Notes: generated by a model from the sequence alone, not told the origin. Shown: positions 6,477 through 15,368, counted from the stretch's first letter. The stretch is 39,082 nt of DNA from a bacterium (GCA_023267595.1 JAHFNB010000005.1:1-39082); one strand, 5' to 3'. Numbers and translations are program-made.

Positions 6477-7361
6477 ATGAAAATCATCATACCAATGTCA
6501 GGGCTTGGAAAGCGGTTTGTAGACGCAGGGTATGATATGCCGAAACCTCTTATTATAGTTGATGGGAAACCAATTATTGAACATGTGATTTCAGTATTTT
6601 CTGGAGACCATTCATTTGTTTTTATTTGCAGTAATGATCATTTGAAAGAAACAAACCTAGAGGAAGTACTACGTACTAGTAGACCAAACAGTACTATAAT
6701 TGGTATAGAAAAACACACACAAGGTCCGGTATATGCGCTCACACATGTTTACGATTATATTTTAGATGATGAAGAGGTAATGATTAGTTATTGTGACTAT
6801 GGGATGGATTTTGATTTTAATAATTTTCAAAATAAACTAAGAGAAGGAAATTTTGACGGTGCCGTGCCGTGCTATACAGGATTTCATCCACATTTATTAC
6901 ATGGGAACGTATATGCTGGAGTACGTGTTAATGAACATAATGTTATGATAGATATTAGAGAGAAACATTCTTTTACAGAAAATCCTATGGAGAGTCATCA
7001 TTCAGTCGGTGCGTATTATTTCAGACGTGGTAGTGATCTGAAGAAATATCATGATGAATTACTTGCATCGAATATTCGTCTGAATGGTGAAGCATATACG
7101 AGTATGATTTATTATTTGTATCTTCGTGATGGTCATAATATATATGTGCCAGAGGTGCAAAGATTTATGCAATGGGGGACACCGACAGATTTAGAAGAGT
7201 ATGAAGCATGGTCACGATACTTTCATAAACAATTAGGAAAAGAAAAAGGTAAGACAGATATTCCAGAGAGTCGTGAAAGATTTGTAAAGATACCGTATGA
7301 AGAAAAAACTACAGAGTATGAAAAATGTTATACTTACTGGGAAAACCACTTTACACATTAA
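6477..7361 (+). CDS. Sugar-phosphate nucleotidyltransferase (NTP_transferase fold), paralog 1
   Basis: MKIIIPMSGLGKRF..GYDMPKPLIIVDGKPIIEH is the G-x-G-x-R signature, and WGTPTDLEEY occurs late. A TGaTAGATT box lies 13 nt upstream. Confidence 0.7.
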   Translation: MKIIIPMSGLGKRFVDAGYDMPKPLIIVDGKPIIEHVISVFSGDHSFVFICSNDHLKETNLEEVLRTSRPNSTIIGIEKHTQGPVYALTHVYDYILDDEEVMISYCDYGMDFDFNNFQNKLREGNFDGAVPCYTGFHPHLLHGNVYAGVRVNEHNVMIDIREKHSFTENPMESHHSVGAYYFRRGSDLKKYHDELLASNIRLNGEAYTSMIYYLYLRDGHNIYVPEVQRFMQWGTPTDLEEYEAWSRYFHKQLGKEKGKTDIPESRERFVKIPYEEKTTEYEKCYTYWENHFTH

Positions 7362-7371
7362 TTAAAAAGGT

Positions 7372-8190
7372 ATGTCAACAGTAAATATCATTCCAATGGC
7401 GGGTACGGGTTCTAGATTTTCCGATGCAGGATACATGTTACCAAAAGCACTTATTCCAGTTTCTGGAAAGCCTATGATTTTAGGTGCAATAGAACATATG
7501 CCAAAAGCAGATAAGTGGGTATTTATTGTTCGTAAAGAACATATTAATGAATATGGAATTGATACTTTGATTAAAAATGAAATTAAAGACGCAATCATTA
7601 TTTCTGTAGACAAAACAACAGAGGGACAAGCATCCACCTGTATGCTTGCAATGGAACATGTTAACCCAGATGACAGTATTTTTATTGCTGCATGTGATAA
7701 CAGTTTTTTGTATGATCATGCGAAATATGATGCACTTATGAATGATGGGTCAGTTGATTCAATCGTTTGGACATTTACGAAAGATGAATTATTAACTATT
7801 AGTCCAAAGTCATGGGGGTGGATAAAGTTGCAAGATGATGGAGTAACCATTGATGATATGTCGGTAAAGATTCCAGTTTCAGAAACGCCGTTTAATGATC
7901 ATGCAGTAGTTGCAACATTTTTCTTCAGAAAGGCACAGGACTTTATTGATGCCTATAATTTGATGGTACAAGAAAATTATCGTATCAATAATGAGTTCTA
8001 TGTAGATTCACTTCCGATCTTTTTGAAAAAACTTGGAAAGAAAAGTGTTATCTTTGATGTTGATTTATACGTTGGATGGGGGAAACCGTCTGATTTGTAT
8101 CTTTATGAAAAGTACGAATACTTTAATTCAATAGGAAAGTTGGATAATGATGCTTGGAAGAAGTATTTTGCTTTATCGAAAAATAAGTAA
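7372..8190 (+). CDS. Sugar-phosphate nucleotidyltransferase, paralog 2
   Basis: NIIPMAGTGSRFSDAGYMLPKALIPVSGKPMI and WGKPSDLYLYE are present. The architecture matches the upstream gene. Confidence 0.7.
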   Translation: MSTVNIIPMAGTGSRFSDAGYMLPKALIPVSGKPMILGAIEHMPKADKWVFIVRKEHINEYGIDTLIKNEIKDAIIISVDKTTEGQASTCMLAMEHVNPDDSIFIAACDNSFLYDHAKYDALMNDGSVDSIVWTFTKDELLTISPKSWGWIKLQDDGVTIDDMSVKIPVSETPFNDHAVVATFFFRKAQDFIDAYNLMVQENYRINNEFYVDSLPIFLKKLGKKSVIFDVDLYVGWGKPSDLYLYEKYEYFNSIGKLDNDAWKKYFALSKNK

Positions 8191-8192
8191 TT

Positions 8193-8888
8193 ATGCTTTA
8201 CGAAATTGCAAAAAATAGTAGTTTCATTCAAAATCTCGTTGCAAATATTGTAACGGCGATTCACCCGTCTATCATGCATAATTTAGGAAAGATGGAAATT
8301 ATTAAGAAAGCAATGTGGAATTGTGAACTAGAAAAAGTAGAGGGTGGGTATTTTGAGTTTGGAGTCTATGAAGGTACGTCACTTTATACTGCAGTAAAGG
8401 CTCACAAAAATATTAAATCTGAAGTAACAAGACACTTCTACGGATTTGATTCATTTGATGAGGGTTTTAAATATTTTGATGAACGCGATAAACATCCTTT
8501 TTTTAAAGAAGGGGATTTCGTCAGTTCATATACAAAAGTAAAAAAACGATTTGCGAAGTTTGCACATGTGAAATTAATTAAAGGCTATTTTGAAGAAGTG
8601 CTTTCACAGCATGATTCACAAATAATTCGTGAATCAGAAAAATGTGCAATTCTTTTTATTGATTGTGATCTCATGAATCCGTCACTTGTTGCTCTTAACT
8701 ACATACAACCGATGCTACAAGAAGGATCAATCATCATTATCGATGATTACTATGCATATAAAGGAAAGGAAGACTTAGGACCATGCGGAGCATTTACGGC
8801 TTTTTTGGAAAAGAACCCACAGATTTCTGTTCGAGAGTTTGCAGATTATGGATATGGAGGAAAATCATTTATTGTTACGCGAGTATAA
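8193..8888 (+). CDS. TylF/MycF-type (macrocin O-methyltransferase-like) SAM-dependent methyltransferase
   Basis: Motifs: GGYFEFGVYEGTSL, FYGFDSFDEGF, ILFIDCDL..SIIIIDDY. Confidence 0.65.
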   Translation: MLYEIAKNSSFIQNLVANIVTAIHPSIMHNLGKMEIIKKAMWNCELEKVEGGYFEFGVYEGTSLYTAVKAHKNIKSEVTRHFYGFDSFDEGFKYFDERDKHPFFKEGDFVSSYTKVKKRFAKFAHVKLIKGYFEEVLSQHDSQIIRESEKCAILFIDCDLMNPSLVALNYIQPMLQEGSIIIIDDYYAYKGKEDLGPCGAFTAFLEKNPQISVREFADYGYGGKSFIVTRV

Positions 8889-10795
8889 TGAAGTCACTTC
8901 GTACATATATAACTTCTGGGTTTATGTTCACAATTAATTGGCCACTTGTACTCTCATTCGTATCTTTTTGGGTGTATGGATTATTCGGATTTTTGACTAT
9001 ACAGTCATGGGGGCTACTAGGTAATAGTCTTGCGAGTTTATTGTTGTTAGGAATATTCTTATGTCTTTTTTCTTTACGAAAGAAAGAAGCATATACAACA
9101 AATGTTGTGATTACAGGTACAGATATCAAAGTATTACTCGGGTATCTACTTTGTATGTTTGTTATAACGTATAGTGATTTATTTTTACCGATTGACGGGG
9201 ATCAACTATATCATTCACAACAGGCAGTGTTACACAGTATTATTGCAATACAAATACTAGGAAACTATATACAATCAATTGGCACATTTTCTTTTGCTAA
9301 CCTTATATGGGTTTTTAATATCATCATGACACTTGGCGGTGTAGCACTTTATTTCTTATTAAGAAATAAAAAAGAAATCTATATTATTGGTACACTCGTT
9401 ACTTTATTTTTAGTGTCACGATTAACAGTGTTACTCATGCTCGGAAATAGTAGTGCATTTCCTCCATTTCGATTATTTCCAGTATGGCTTTCAGAGTTAG
9501 TATTTTCTCCAAGTAATTTTGGTTTTCGTGTTGCTACATTTATCGGACTAATTTTATGTATGTGGTTTGTCGAAAGAAATATTCGTGAAAAGACCAATCT
9601 TTTTGTATCAGTTATGTGTGGTCTTGCGATTGGGACCATACCTGTGCTTTGGCATGTGGGAACACTTGTAGAGCCATCTCTTTGGGCAGGTATTTGTTTT
9701 GTCTTTGTACTTTTTTGTATTAATAATTGGAGTAATGGGAAGAAATTAAATTATTTTGTAATTATTTCTGCTATTGTTTTATTTTCTACAATGAGAGTAT
9801 CATCATTTATTACACTTATACCAATAGGTATTATGATGTTGATTGACTATACGAATAGAATACTTACCAAAAAAGAATTTCTTTATTCATTAGTCCCGAC
9901 TCTAATTTTACTCCCTATTTTGTTTGCTAGTTTTTATTTGGGCACTCCTTCAACATATACAGGAGATATTTCACTTGATCCGTATATTCCTGCAAATGCA
10001 AGTTTATTTGAAAGATTAGCAGTGTTGTTTACATCAGGAGGGATTATGACGTATGTGTACAATTCTTTACGTTTCCCATTAGTTTTATTCTTGTTGATTA
10101 TTCCATGTTATTTTTTCGGAAATATAAAAAGGGGAGCACTCATCACATTATTATTTGTTGTTGGTTGTGTTTTATTCTATTCCATTAACCCAGTCTTTTG
10201 GGGGCACGGTAGATATCAGGCAGAGTATCTCGCGCCATTTATTATTTTTGGAATATATATAAGTACGTATTGGTTATACAGAAGAAGTAAAAATCTAGCA
10301 GTAGTATTTCTTACAATTCTTATTATCTGTAATATATATCTTTATAAACATATTGGAGAGATGAATAGTGCAATGCGTGGTCAGGATACATATGGTATTG
10401 CAATTAAAAAATTGGGAGACTATTTTGTTGTATCAGAGTTTCCATATAGTTTCACTTATGCATTACAACAAGCAAAGAATAATGGTTACGCAGGAAAAAT
10501 CTATTATGCGACAGGAAATGGATATGGGTATTTTTCTCAAATACTAAGTGGATACTCAGTAGATGAAATGAGACAAGAAAAAGAAATATATACACGTATA
10601 GGAGGAGATATAACTGCAGAAAAAATTGATAAAGAAACAAATATACAATTAGTTTTGGTGAATGGTTCAGAAAATAATCATAAAGCATTACCACAAAAAA
10701 TAGCCGATGATTTACAAACATTAGGATGGGTACAGTGGAAAGAGTTTTCTAATGATAGGTTTGGGACAAGTATTTTTGGTTTACAAAGAAAGTAA
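8888..10795 (+). CDS. Large polytopic membrane protein with C-terminal soluble domain (possible GT-C-type glycosyltransferase)
   Basis: There are ~13 hydrophobic segments, and an early loop reads YSDLFLPIDGDQLYH. ATG 8888 overlaps the upstream stop (TAATG); the longer ORF from 8783 would overlap 105 nt. Confidence 0.5.
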   Translation: MKSLRTYITSGFMFTINWPLVLSFVSFWVYGLFGFLTIQSWGLLGNSLASLLLLGIFLCLFSLRKKEAYTTNVVITGTDIKVLLGYLLCMFVITYSDLFLPIDGDQLYHSQQAVLHSIIAIQILGNYIQSIGTFSFANLIWVFNIIMTLGGVALYFLLRNKKEIYIIGTLVTLFLVSRLTVLLMLGNSSAFPPFRLFPVWLSELVFSPSNFGFRVATFIGLILCMWFVERNIREKTNLFVSVMCGLAIGTIPVLWHVGTLVEPSLWAGICFVFVLFCINNWSNGKKLNYFVIISAIVLFSTMRVSSFITLIPIGIMMLIDYTNRILTKKEFLYSLVPTLILLPILFASFYLGTPSTYTGDISLDPYIPANASLFERLAVLFTSGGIMTYVYNSLRFPLVLFLLIIPCYFFGNIKRGALITLLFVVGCVLFYSINPVFWGHGRYQAEYLAPFIIFGIYISTYWLYRRSKNLAVVFLTILIICNIYLYKHIGEMNSAMRGQDTYGIAIKKLGDYFVVSEFPYSFTYALQQAKNNGYAGKIYYATGNGYGYFSQILSGYSVDEMRQEKEIYTRIGGDITAEKIDKETNIQLVLVNGSENNHKALPQKIADDLQTLGWVQWKEFSNDRFGTSIFGLQRK

Positions 10796-10798
10796 TTT

Positions 10799-10826
10799 TT
10801 GACATTTTTTAAAAATAGTGTAGTGT
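10799..10826 (+). promoter_or_regulatory. Sigma70-type promoter TTGACA-N16-TAGTGT
   Basis: TTGACA at 10799-10804 and TAGTGT at 10821-10826. It lies upstream of the GC-rich gene. Confidence 0.5.
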
Positions 10827-10867
10827 AAATAGTGGCTATTTTGCCCTTTTGATTAAGGTACATAATA

Positions 10868-11800
10868 ATGAGTGCAATTCTCGCTGAAAAGCACATCATC
10901 GATTTCTCCCTTTCTGCCTGCTATGCCGCCATGCTGAATGCATGCGTCGCGATGCATGGCGTGATGAGTATCGAGCAACGGAAAAATACTCTGATTGCAG
11001 GGATGGAAAGCAAGACGAAGAAAGACGGCACGAATGACATGGTGCAGGATGTGACCAGTGAAAGCGTTGCTCGCGCATGTCTCAAAGGATTCCCTGTTCA
11101 CGGGGAAGAGCTCGGCGTGATGTTGACGCATCCGCGCTATGTCGTCTGGATTGATCCGAATGATGGCACACGCGGGTTTCAGAACGGCATGGCAACTTCT
11201 TGTGGCATTACCGCTCTTTACGACAAGATCGATGAGATGTGCATCGCGTGTGTCGTCGTCGAGTGGTCGACGGGACGTGTCTGGATGTACACACCGGAGA
11301 TAGAAGGCACGGAAGTGTTCTACATCGAAGGTAAGGGGTTCAGTGAGCGTCGACGTGTTCGCGTTCACGACGGAGGGCTCGGCGTTGGTACCACAGTTTT
11401 CGTGGACAACTTCCCGAATTTCAAACTGAAGGGAAGTAATAGTTTGACTACGATGGAAAAGGTTACCATCTATGCCAAACTCTTCGGTGGTGGAATAGCC
11501 CAGGTGATGCACACAAGCACGAATGCTGGTCATCACGTTCTTGTTGCTCAAGGTGGTGATGGACACAATGTTCCGGGTGCCATCACTGGTTGTCGTGGTG
11601 GGCCATGGGATGTCGCTCCGGCACTTCTTGTCGCGAAAGCAGGTGGTGTGGTGCGTGGTTTCAAACGCGATGAAGGAAGCAATCACTTTGTCGAAGTTCC
11701 GGCACTTGCGTTTGAGCAACATCACTTTACGGTAACGGCGAACAATGCCGAGACTGCAAGTGTGCTCACCGGAGTCCTCACTAACGGCCAGATTACCTGA
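10868..11800 (+). CDS. Inositol monophosphatase / FBPase-like (IMPase, SuhB/CysQ) family protein
   Basis: Motifs: DMVQDVTSES, HGEELG, WIDPNDGTRGF (DPxDGT), PWDVAPALLVAKAGG (WDxA...AGG). G+C is visibly much higher than the flanks. Confidence 0.75.
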   Translation: MSAILAEKHIIDFSLSACYAAMLNACVAMHGVMSIEQRKNTLIAGMESKTKKDGTNDMVQDVTSESVARACLKGFPVHGEELGVMLTHPRYVVWIDPNDGTRGFQNGMATSCGITALYDKIDEMCIACVVVEWSTGRVWMYTPEIEGTEVFYIEGKGFSERRRVRVHDGGLGVGTTVFVDNFPNFKLKGSNSLTTMEKVTIYAKLFGGGIAQVMHTSTNAGHHVLVAQGGDGHNVPGAITGCRGGPWDVAPALLVAKAGGVVRGFKRDEGSNHFVEVPALAFEQHHFTVTANNAETASVLTGVLTNGQIT

Positions 11801-11821
11801 CCACAATGTGAGGCAATAGGT

Positions 11822-11856
11822 CCCGCTAGTCATTACGATAGCGGGGCTTTTTCTTT
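11822..11856 (+). terminator. Intrinsic terminator
   Basis: cccgcta-gtcattacga-tagcggg followed by gCTTTTTCTTTT. Confidence 0.7.
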
Positions 11857-11858
11857 TG

Positions 11859-11867
11859 TGATAGAAT
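11859..11867 (+). promoter_or_regulatory. Extended -10 box, 8 nt before ATG 11876
   Basis: TGaTAGAAT, then ctcgctat, then ATG. Confidence 0.5.
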
Positions 11868-11875
11868 CTCGCTAT

Positions 11876-12577
11876 ATGAATGAACCAACATTATCACTCG
11901 TATTACCTTGTTATAACGAAGTAGGAAATTTGCAAAATCTATTGAATGCATATAAACAAGTTATCAAAAGAGATGATATTGAAATAATTGTTGTTAATAA
12001 TGGTTCTCTAGATGAATCAGGAAAATTATTAGAAGAAATAAAACATAATTATCCGTTTTTAAAAATAGTTACTATTATAAAAAATGAAGGATATGGAAAT
12101 GGAATTATTACAGGACTTAAAGAAGCACGAGGTAAATATATCGGATGGTCACACGGCGATTTACAAACACCTCCAGAGGACGTTATTAGAGCATTAGAGA
12201 TAATTGAGAAAAATAAGTTAACTAATTTTCTTGTGAAAGGAAAAAGATATGGTCGTCCACCTGCTAATGTGTTTTTTACATTTGGAATGAGTATCTTTGA
12301 AACACTTTTATTTGGAAAAGTTTTATACGATATCAATGCTCAACCAAATATTTTTCCGAGAGAATTCTTTAAAGAGTGGGTAGATGCACCACTTGATTTT
12401 TCTTTAGATTTATATTGTTTGCATCTCGCAAAATCAAAACATATGAATGTGATTCGTTTTCCTGTTGAGTTCAGACAACGTGGTGCTGGAGTTTCTTCAT
12501 GGGACATTGGATGGAAAAGTAAATGGAAGTTTATAAAACGTACGTTAGCATTTAGTTTTAAGTTACGATTTTCATAA
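11876..12577 (+). CDS. GT2-family glycosyltransferase, polyprenyl-phosphate sugar synthase (DPM1/ArnC-like)
   Basis: Motifs: LSLVLPCYNEVGNL, IIVVNNGSLDES, SHGDLQ. At 233 aa it is the size of the soluble-plus-anchor type. Confidence 0.7.
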   Translation: MNEPTLSLVLPCYNEVGNLQNLLNAYKQVIKRDDIEIIVVNNGSLDESGKLLEEIKHNYPFLKIVTIIKNEGYGNGIITGLKEARGKYIGWSHGDLQTPPEDVIRALEIIEKNKLTNFLVKGKRYGRPPANVFFTFGMSIFETLLFGKVLYDINAQPNIFPREFFKEWVDAPLDFSLDLYCLHLAKSKHMNVIRFPVEFRQRGAGVSSWDIGWKSKWKFIKRTLAFSFKLRFS

Positions 12578-12589
12578 TAACTTGTTCAT

Positions 12590-12598
12590 TGATATGCT
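12590..12598 (+). promoter_or_regulatory. Extended -10 box, 6 nt before ATG 12605
   Basis: TGaTATGCT, then tgtagc, then ATG. Confidence 0.5.
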
Positions 12599-12604
12599 TG
12601 TAGC

Positions 12605-13612
12605 ATGAACTGTAAACAAGTACTTTTAAAAGATGTTACTTCCTTTCATATAGGAGGTGAGGCTGATATTGTCATCCTTACAAATGAAGATGATATTCGT
12701 GAAGTATATGAGTATGCACGTACACATACTCTCCAAGTACATATTTTAGGTGGTGGAACCAATACAGTCTTTAAAGATGGTCATTCAAATACACTTATTG
12801 CTAAGATGGAAATGAAGGGGCAGACAATAGAAAATACAGAAACTGAGAATGATGTATTTGTTACTGTAATGGCAGGGGAGAATTGGGATGATATTGTGCA
12901 GTACGCAGTAGAAAATAACTTGTGGGGGATAGAAAACCTATCGTATATTCCAGGGACGGTAGGTGCAGCACCAGTACAAAATATTGGAGCATACGGTATG
13001 GAATTAGACGATTCTATAGTTTCCGTGCGAGTATTTGATTCTGTAAAAAATGATTTTGTAGAATTGAATAAACATGATTGCCAGTTTGGATATCGAGATT
13101 CAATTTTAAAAAGAGAAAAAAATAGGTACTGTATTGTATCAGTTACGTTACAACTTTCAAAAACAAAAAAACCAGTTCTTACCTACAAACCACTTGATCG
13201 CTTGAAAGAAAAAGAAAGTGTAACACTACAAGAGATACGAGACACAGTTGTCGGAATAAGAAAACAAAAACTTCCAGATTATACTCTCTATGGAAATGCA
13301 GGGTCATTTTTCAAGAATCCAATACTGAGTCGTAGTGAAAGTGAAGAGTTATGTAAACGATATTTAACTGCACCAATTTATAAAGTTGAGAATGGTTATA
13401 AAATAGCAGCAGCATGGCTCATTGAGCATGTGGCTAGTATGAAAGGGGTACGAAAAGGAAATGTTGGAACATGGCCTACACAACCGCTTGTGATTGTAAA
13501 TTATGGCGGAGCAACATTAGAAGAATTGAATGATTTTGCTTCATCAATTGTACAAACTATAGAAAATAATGCAGGAATTCGTCTCGAAAGAGAGGTTCAG
13601 ATTGTAGAGTAA
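12605..13612 (+). CDS. murB: UDP-N-acetylenolpyruvoylglucosamine reductase
   Basis: FAD-binding N-terminus FHIGGEADIV...ILGGGTNTVF, plus GIENLSYIPGTVGAAPVQNIGAYG, FGYRDSILK, GSFFKNP and AAWLIE. Confidence 0.85.
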   Translation: MNCKQVLLKDVTSFHIGGEADIVILTNEDDIREVYEYARTHTLQVHILGGGTNTVFKDGHSNTLIAKMEMKGQTIENTETENDVFVTVMAGENWDDIVQYAVENNLWGIENLSYIPGTVGAAPVQNIGAYGMELDDSIVSVRVFDSVKNDFVELNKHDCQFGYRDSILKREKNRYCIVSVTLQLSKTKKPVLTYKPLDRLKEKESVTLQEIRDTVVGIRKQKLPDYTLYGNAGSFFKNPILSRSESEELCKRYLTAPIYKVENGYKIAAAWLIEHVASMKGVRKGNVGTWPTQPLVIVNYGGATLEELNDFASSIVQTIENNAGIRLEREVQIVE

Positions 13613-13627
13613 ATAGTATTCATTTAA

Positions 13628-13656
13628 TTGACAAAATAATTATTTATAGGTAGTGT
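13628..13656 (+). promoter_or_regulatory. Sigma70-type promoter TTGACA-N17-TAGTGT
   Basis: TTGACA at 13628-13633 and TAGTGT at 13651-13656. These are the same hexamers as the promoter at 10799. Confidence 0.5.
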
Positions 13657-13701
13657 TGTATTGGGTTACTTTCAGTATTTCAATGATGAAGGAGATTCAA
13701 A

Positions 13702-14340
13702 TTGAATGCTGTCCTTGAAAAGATCAACGGTATTCACGAAAAAGGTATGGAAAAAGTTTTTAAGGGAGAAGTGATACACTTTCCTGGTTTCCCAAAAACA
13801 GGATTGCTTAAGTCTCACGTCTCTCTTAGGTTTGGTCAAGTCTCTCTTGAGGATTATAGATACCGTCTGATGATTCCCATGAAATCTGCTGCTCAGAAAT
13901 ATGGTGTAGGTCTTATCTGTGCGGAGATTGATTATCCATTTCATGCAACTATCGGACAAGGCACGGGTACTGTAGATTTTGATGAAAAGGATTGCCTTGT
14001 TCTTAGTCTTGGTATTTATGCACTTCCTATCTTTTTTTCCCAAGTTGCGATGGATGGTTCAAATGTCCTTCTGGCAGTGTCTAGTATTGATCCAGAAGTT
14101 ATAAGTCTTCGTAAAGAAGTCGCTGAAAAGCATGCTGCACTCGGACTCAAAGTAGATACTCCGGAAAATATTTTACATGTGAGTGTGGCACGCATCATTT
14201 CTGGGACTCCTCATGCAATAAAAGAATTTGCGCAGGCAGTATGCTTACTTCGAGAACAAATCCTGAGGATACCTCTTCGTATGGTAGTCTCCGGTATAAA
14301 TACTGCAAATGAATGGAGATTCCTCAATTCTCTTAAATAA
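13702..14340 (+). CDS. Probable 2H-phosphoesterase superfamily protein (LigT-like)
   Basis: It has two H-x-[TS]-x motifs, FHATIG and LHVSVAR, at appropriate spacing. It uses a TTG start preceded by AAGGAG at 7 nt. Confidence 0.45.
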   Translation: MNAVLEKINGIHEKGMEKVFKGEVIHFPGFPKTGLLKSHVSLRFGQVSLEDYRYRLMIPMKSAAQKYGVGLICAEIDYPFHATIGQGTGTVDFDEKDCLVLSLGIYALPIFFSQVAMDGSNVLLAVSSIDPEVISLRKEVAEKHAALGLKVDTPENILHVSVARIISGTPHAIKEFAQAVCLLREQILRIPLRMVVSGINTANEWRFLNSLK

Positions 14341-14428
14341 CTAACACATTGAAAAATAAGATTCACAAATAAAGCCGCGGCGAAAGTCAAGGCTTTTTTC
14401 TTTGTCTAATCTCTGTTAGGATGTGATG

Positions 14429-15115
14429 ATGATTGGGACACTCTATATAGTACCGACTCCTATTGGGAATCTAGAAGATATGACACTACGAGCAATTCGT
14501 ATTTTAAAAGGTGTTGATTTAGTCTTGTGTGAAGATACATCTGTTACACAAAAATTATTTAATCATTATGATATTACTACACCAACGAGTGTCTTTTTTG
14601 CACAAACAAAATTAAAAAATATAGATAAGATTACGGGTCTTTTAGAAGAAGGAAAACAAATTGCTCTTGTGTCTGATGCAGGGACTCCGACGATTTCAGA
14701 TCCTGGAGTATTACTGGTTGATAGAGTTCGTAGTGAATTACCTGAAGTAAAAGTTGTTGCATTACCAGGACCATCTGCACTTACCACAGCACTTTCTGTT
14801 TCGGGGATATCATCTGCACAATTTGTTTTCTTAGGATTTTTACCACATAAAAAGGGGAGAGAAACATTGTTTAAAGAAATTGCAGAAAGTAAAAGAACTA
14901 TGGTGTTCTATGAATCGGTGCATCGTATAGAAAAGACTTTAGAATCGTTAAGTGACTGTATTATTGCACCACGCCAAATTGTTATAGCACGAGAATTAAC
15001 CAAAGTGTATGAAGAAGTTATTTTTGGAACAAGTAAAGAAGTAAAAAGTTATTTCAGTAAGAAGAAAGATAAAATACGAGGGGAATTTGTTGTAATTATT
15101 GAAGGGAAAAAGTAG
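14429..15115 (+). CDS. rsmI: 16S rRNA (cytidine1402-2'-O)-methyltransferase
   Basis: Motifs: GTLYIVPTPIGNLEDMTLRA, LCEDT, SDAGTP.ISDPG, GPSA. Three candidate starts exist (GTG 14423, ATG 14426, ATG 14429). TGtTAGGAT at 14414-14422 favours 14429. Confidence 0.85.
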   Translation: MIGTLYIVPTPIGNLEDMTLRAIRILKGVDLVLCEDTSVTQKLFNHYDITTPTSVFFAQTKLKNIDKITGLLEEGKQIALVSDAGTPTISDPGVLLVDRVRSELPEVKVVALPGPSALTTALSVSGISSAQFVFLGFLPHKKGRETLFKEIAESKRTMVFYESVHRIEKTLESLSDCIIAPRQIVIARELTKVYEEVIFGTSKEVKSYFSKKKDKIRGEFVVIIEGKK

Positions 15116-15125
15116 AAAGAAGAAA

Positions 15126-15134
15126 TGGTATACT
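15126..15134 (+). promoter_or_regulatory. Extended -10 box
   Basis: TGgTATACT lies ~33 nt upstream of ATG 15168. Confidence 0.4.
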
Positions 15135-15167
15135 GAGTGCTTAGAAATTCTTTTTTGGAGAAGAGTA

Positions 15168-15368
15168 ATGCGATACTGTTGGCAATGTAGTACAGAAATA
15201 ATACTATGCAATGGTTATGTGGGAGGAGACATTGCTGCACTCCTTGTAGGTGAAGAGCCAAAGTCTCCTATTTATGAGACGTGTAGCAAATGTGTAGAAC
15301 GTTACGAAGCAGCCATAGAACTAGGGTTACCAAAACCATTCCTCCTTCCTTCGGAAAAACCTGCCTGA
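15168..15368 (+). CDS. Small zinc-ribbon-like protein (CxxC...CxxC), 66 aa
   Basis: MRYCWQC...CSKC. GGAG lies ~7 nt upstream, and the terminator hairpin encloses the stop codon. The ORF-track start at 15099 overlaps rsmI and is less likely. Confidence 0.45.
   Translation: MRYCWQCSTEIILCNGYVGGDIAALLVGEEPKSPIYETCSKCVERYEAAIELGLPKPFLLPSEKPA

Noticed and set aside
8783-8887. N-terminal extension of the large membrane protein ORF, overlapping the methyltransferase gene by 105 nt.
   Set aside because: ATG 8888 forms a TAATG stop-start junction typical of this operon, and the extension has no hydrophobic or conserved character.
10853-11833. 326-aa ORF on the minus strand, fully antisense to the IMPase-family gene.
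   Set aside because: It has no recognisable motifs. Long antisense ORFs are a normal by-product of GC-rich coding sequence, and the plus-strand frame carries all the IMPase signatures.
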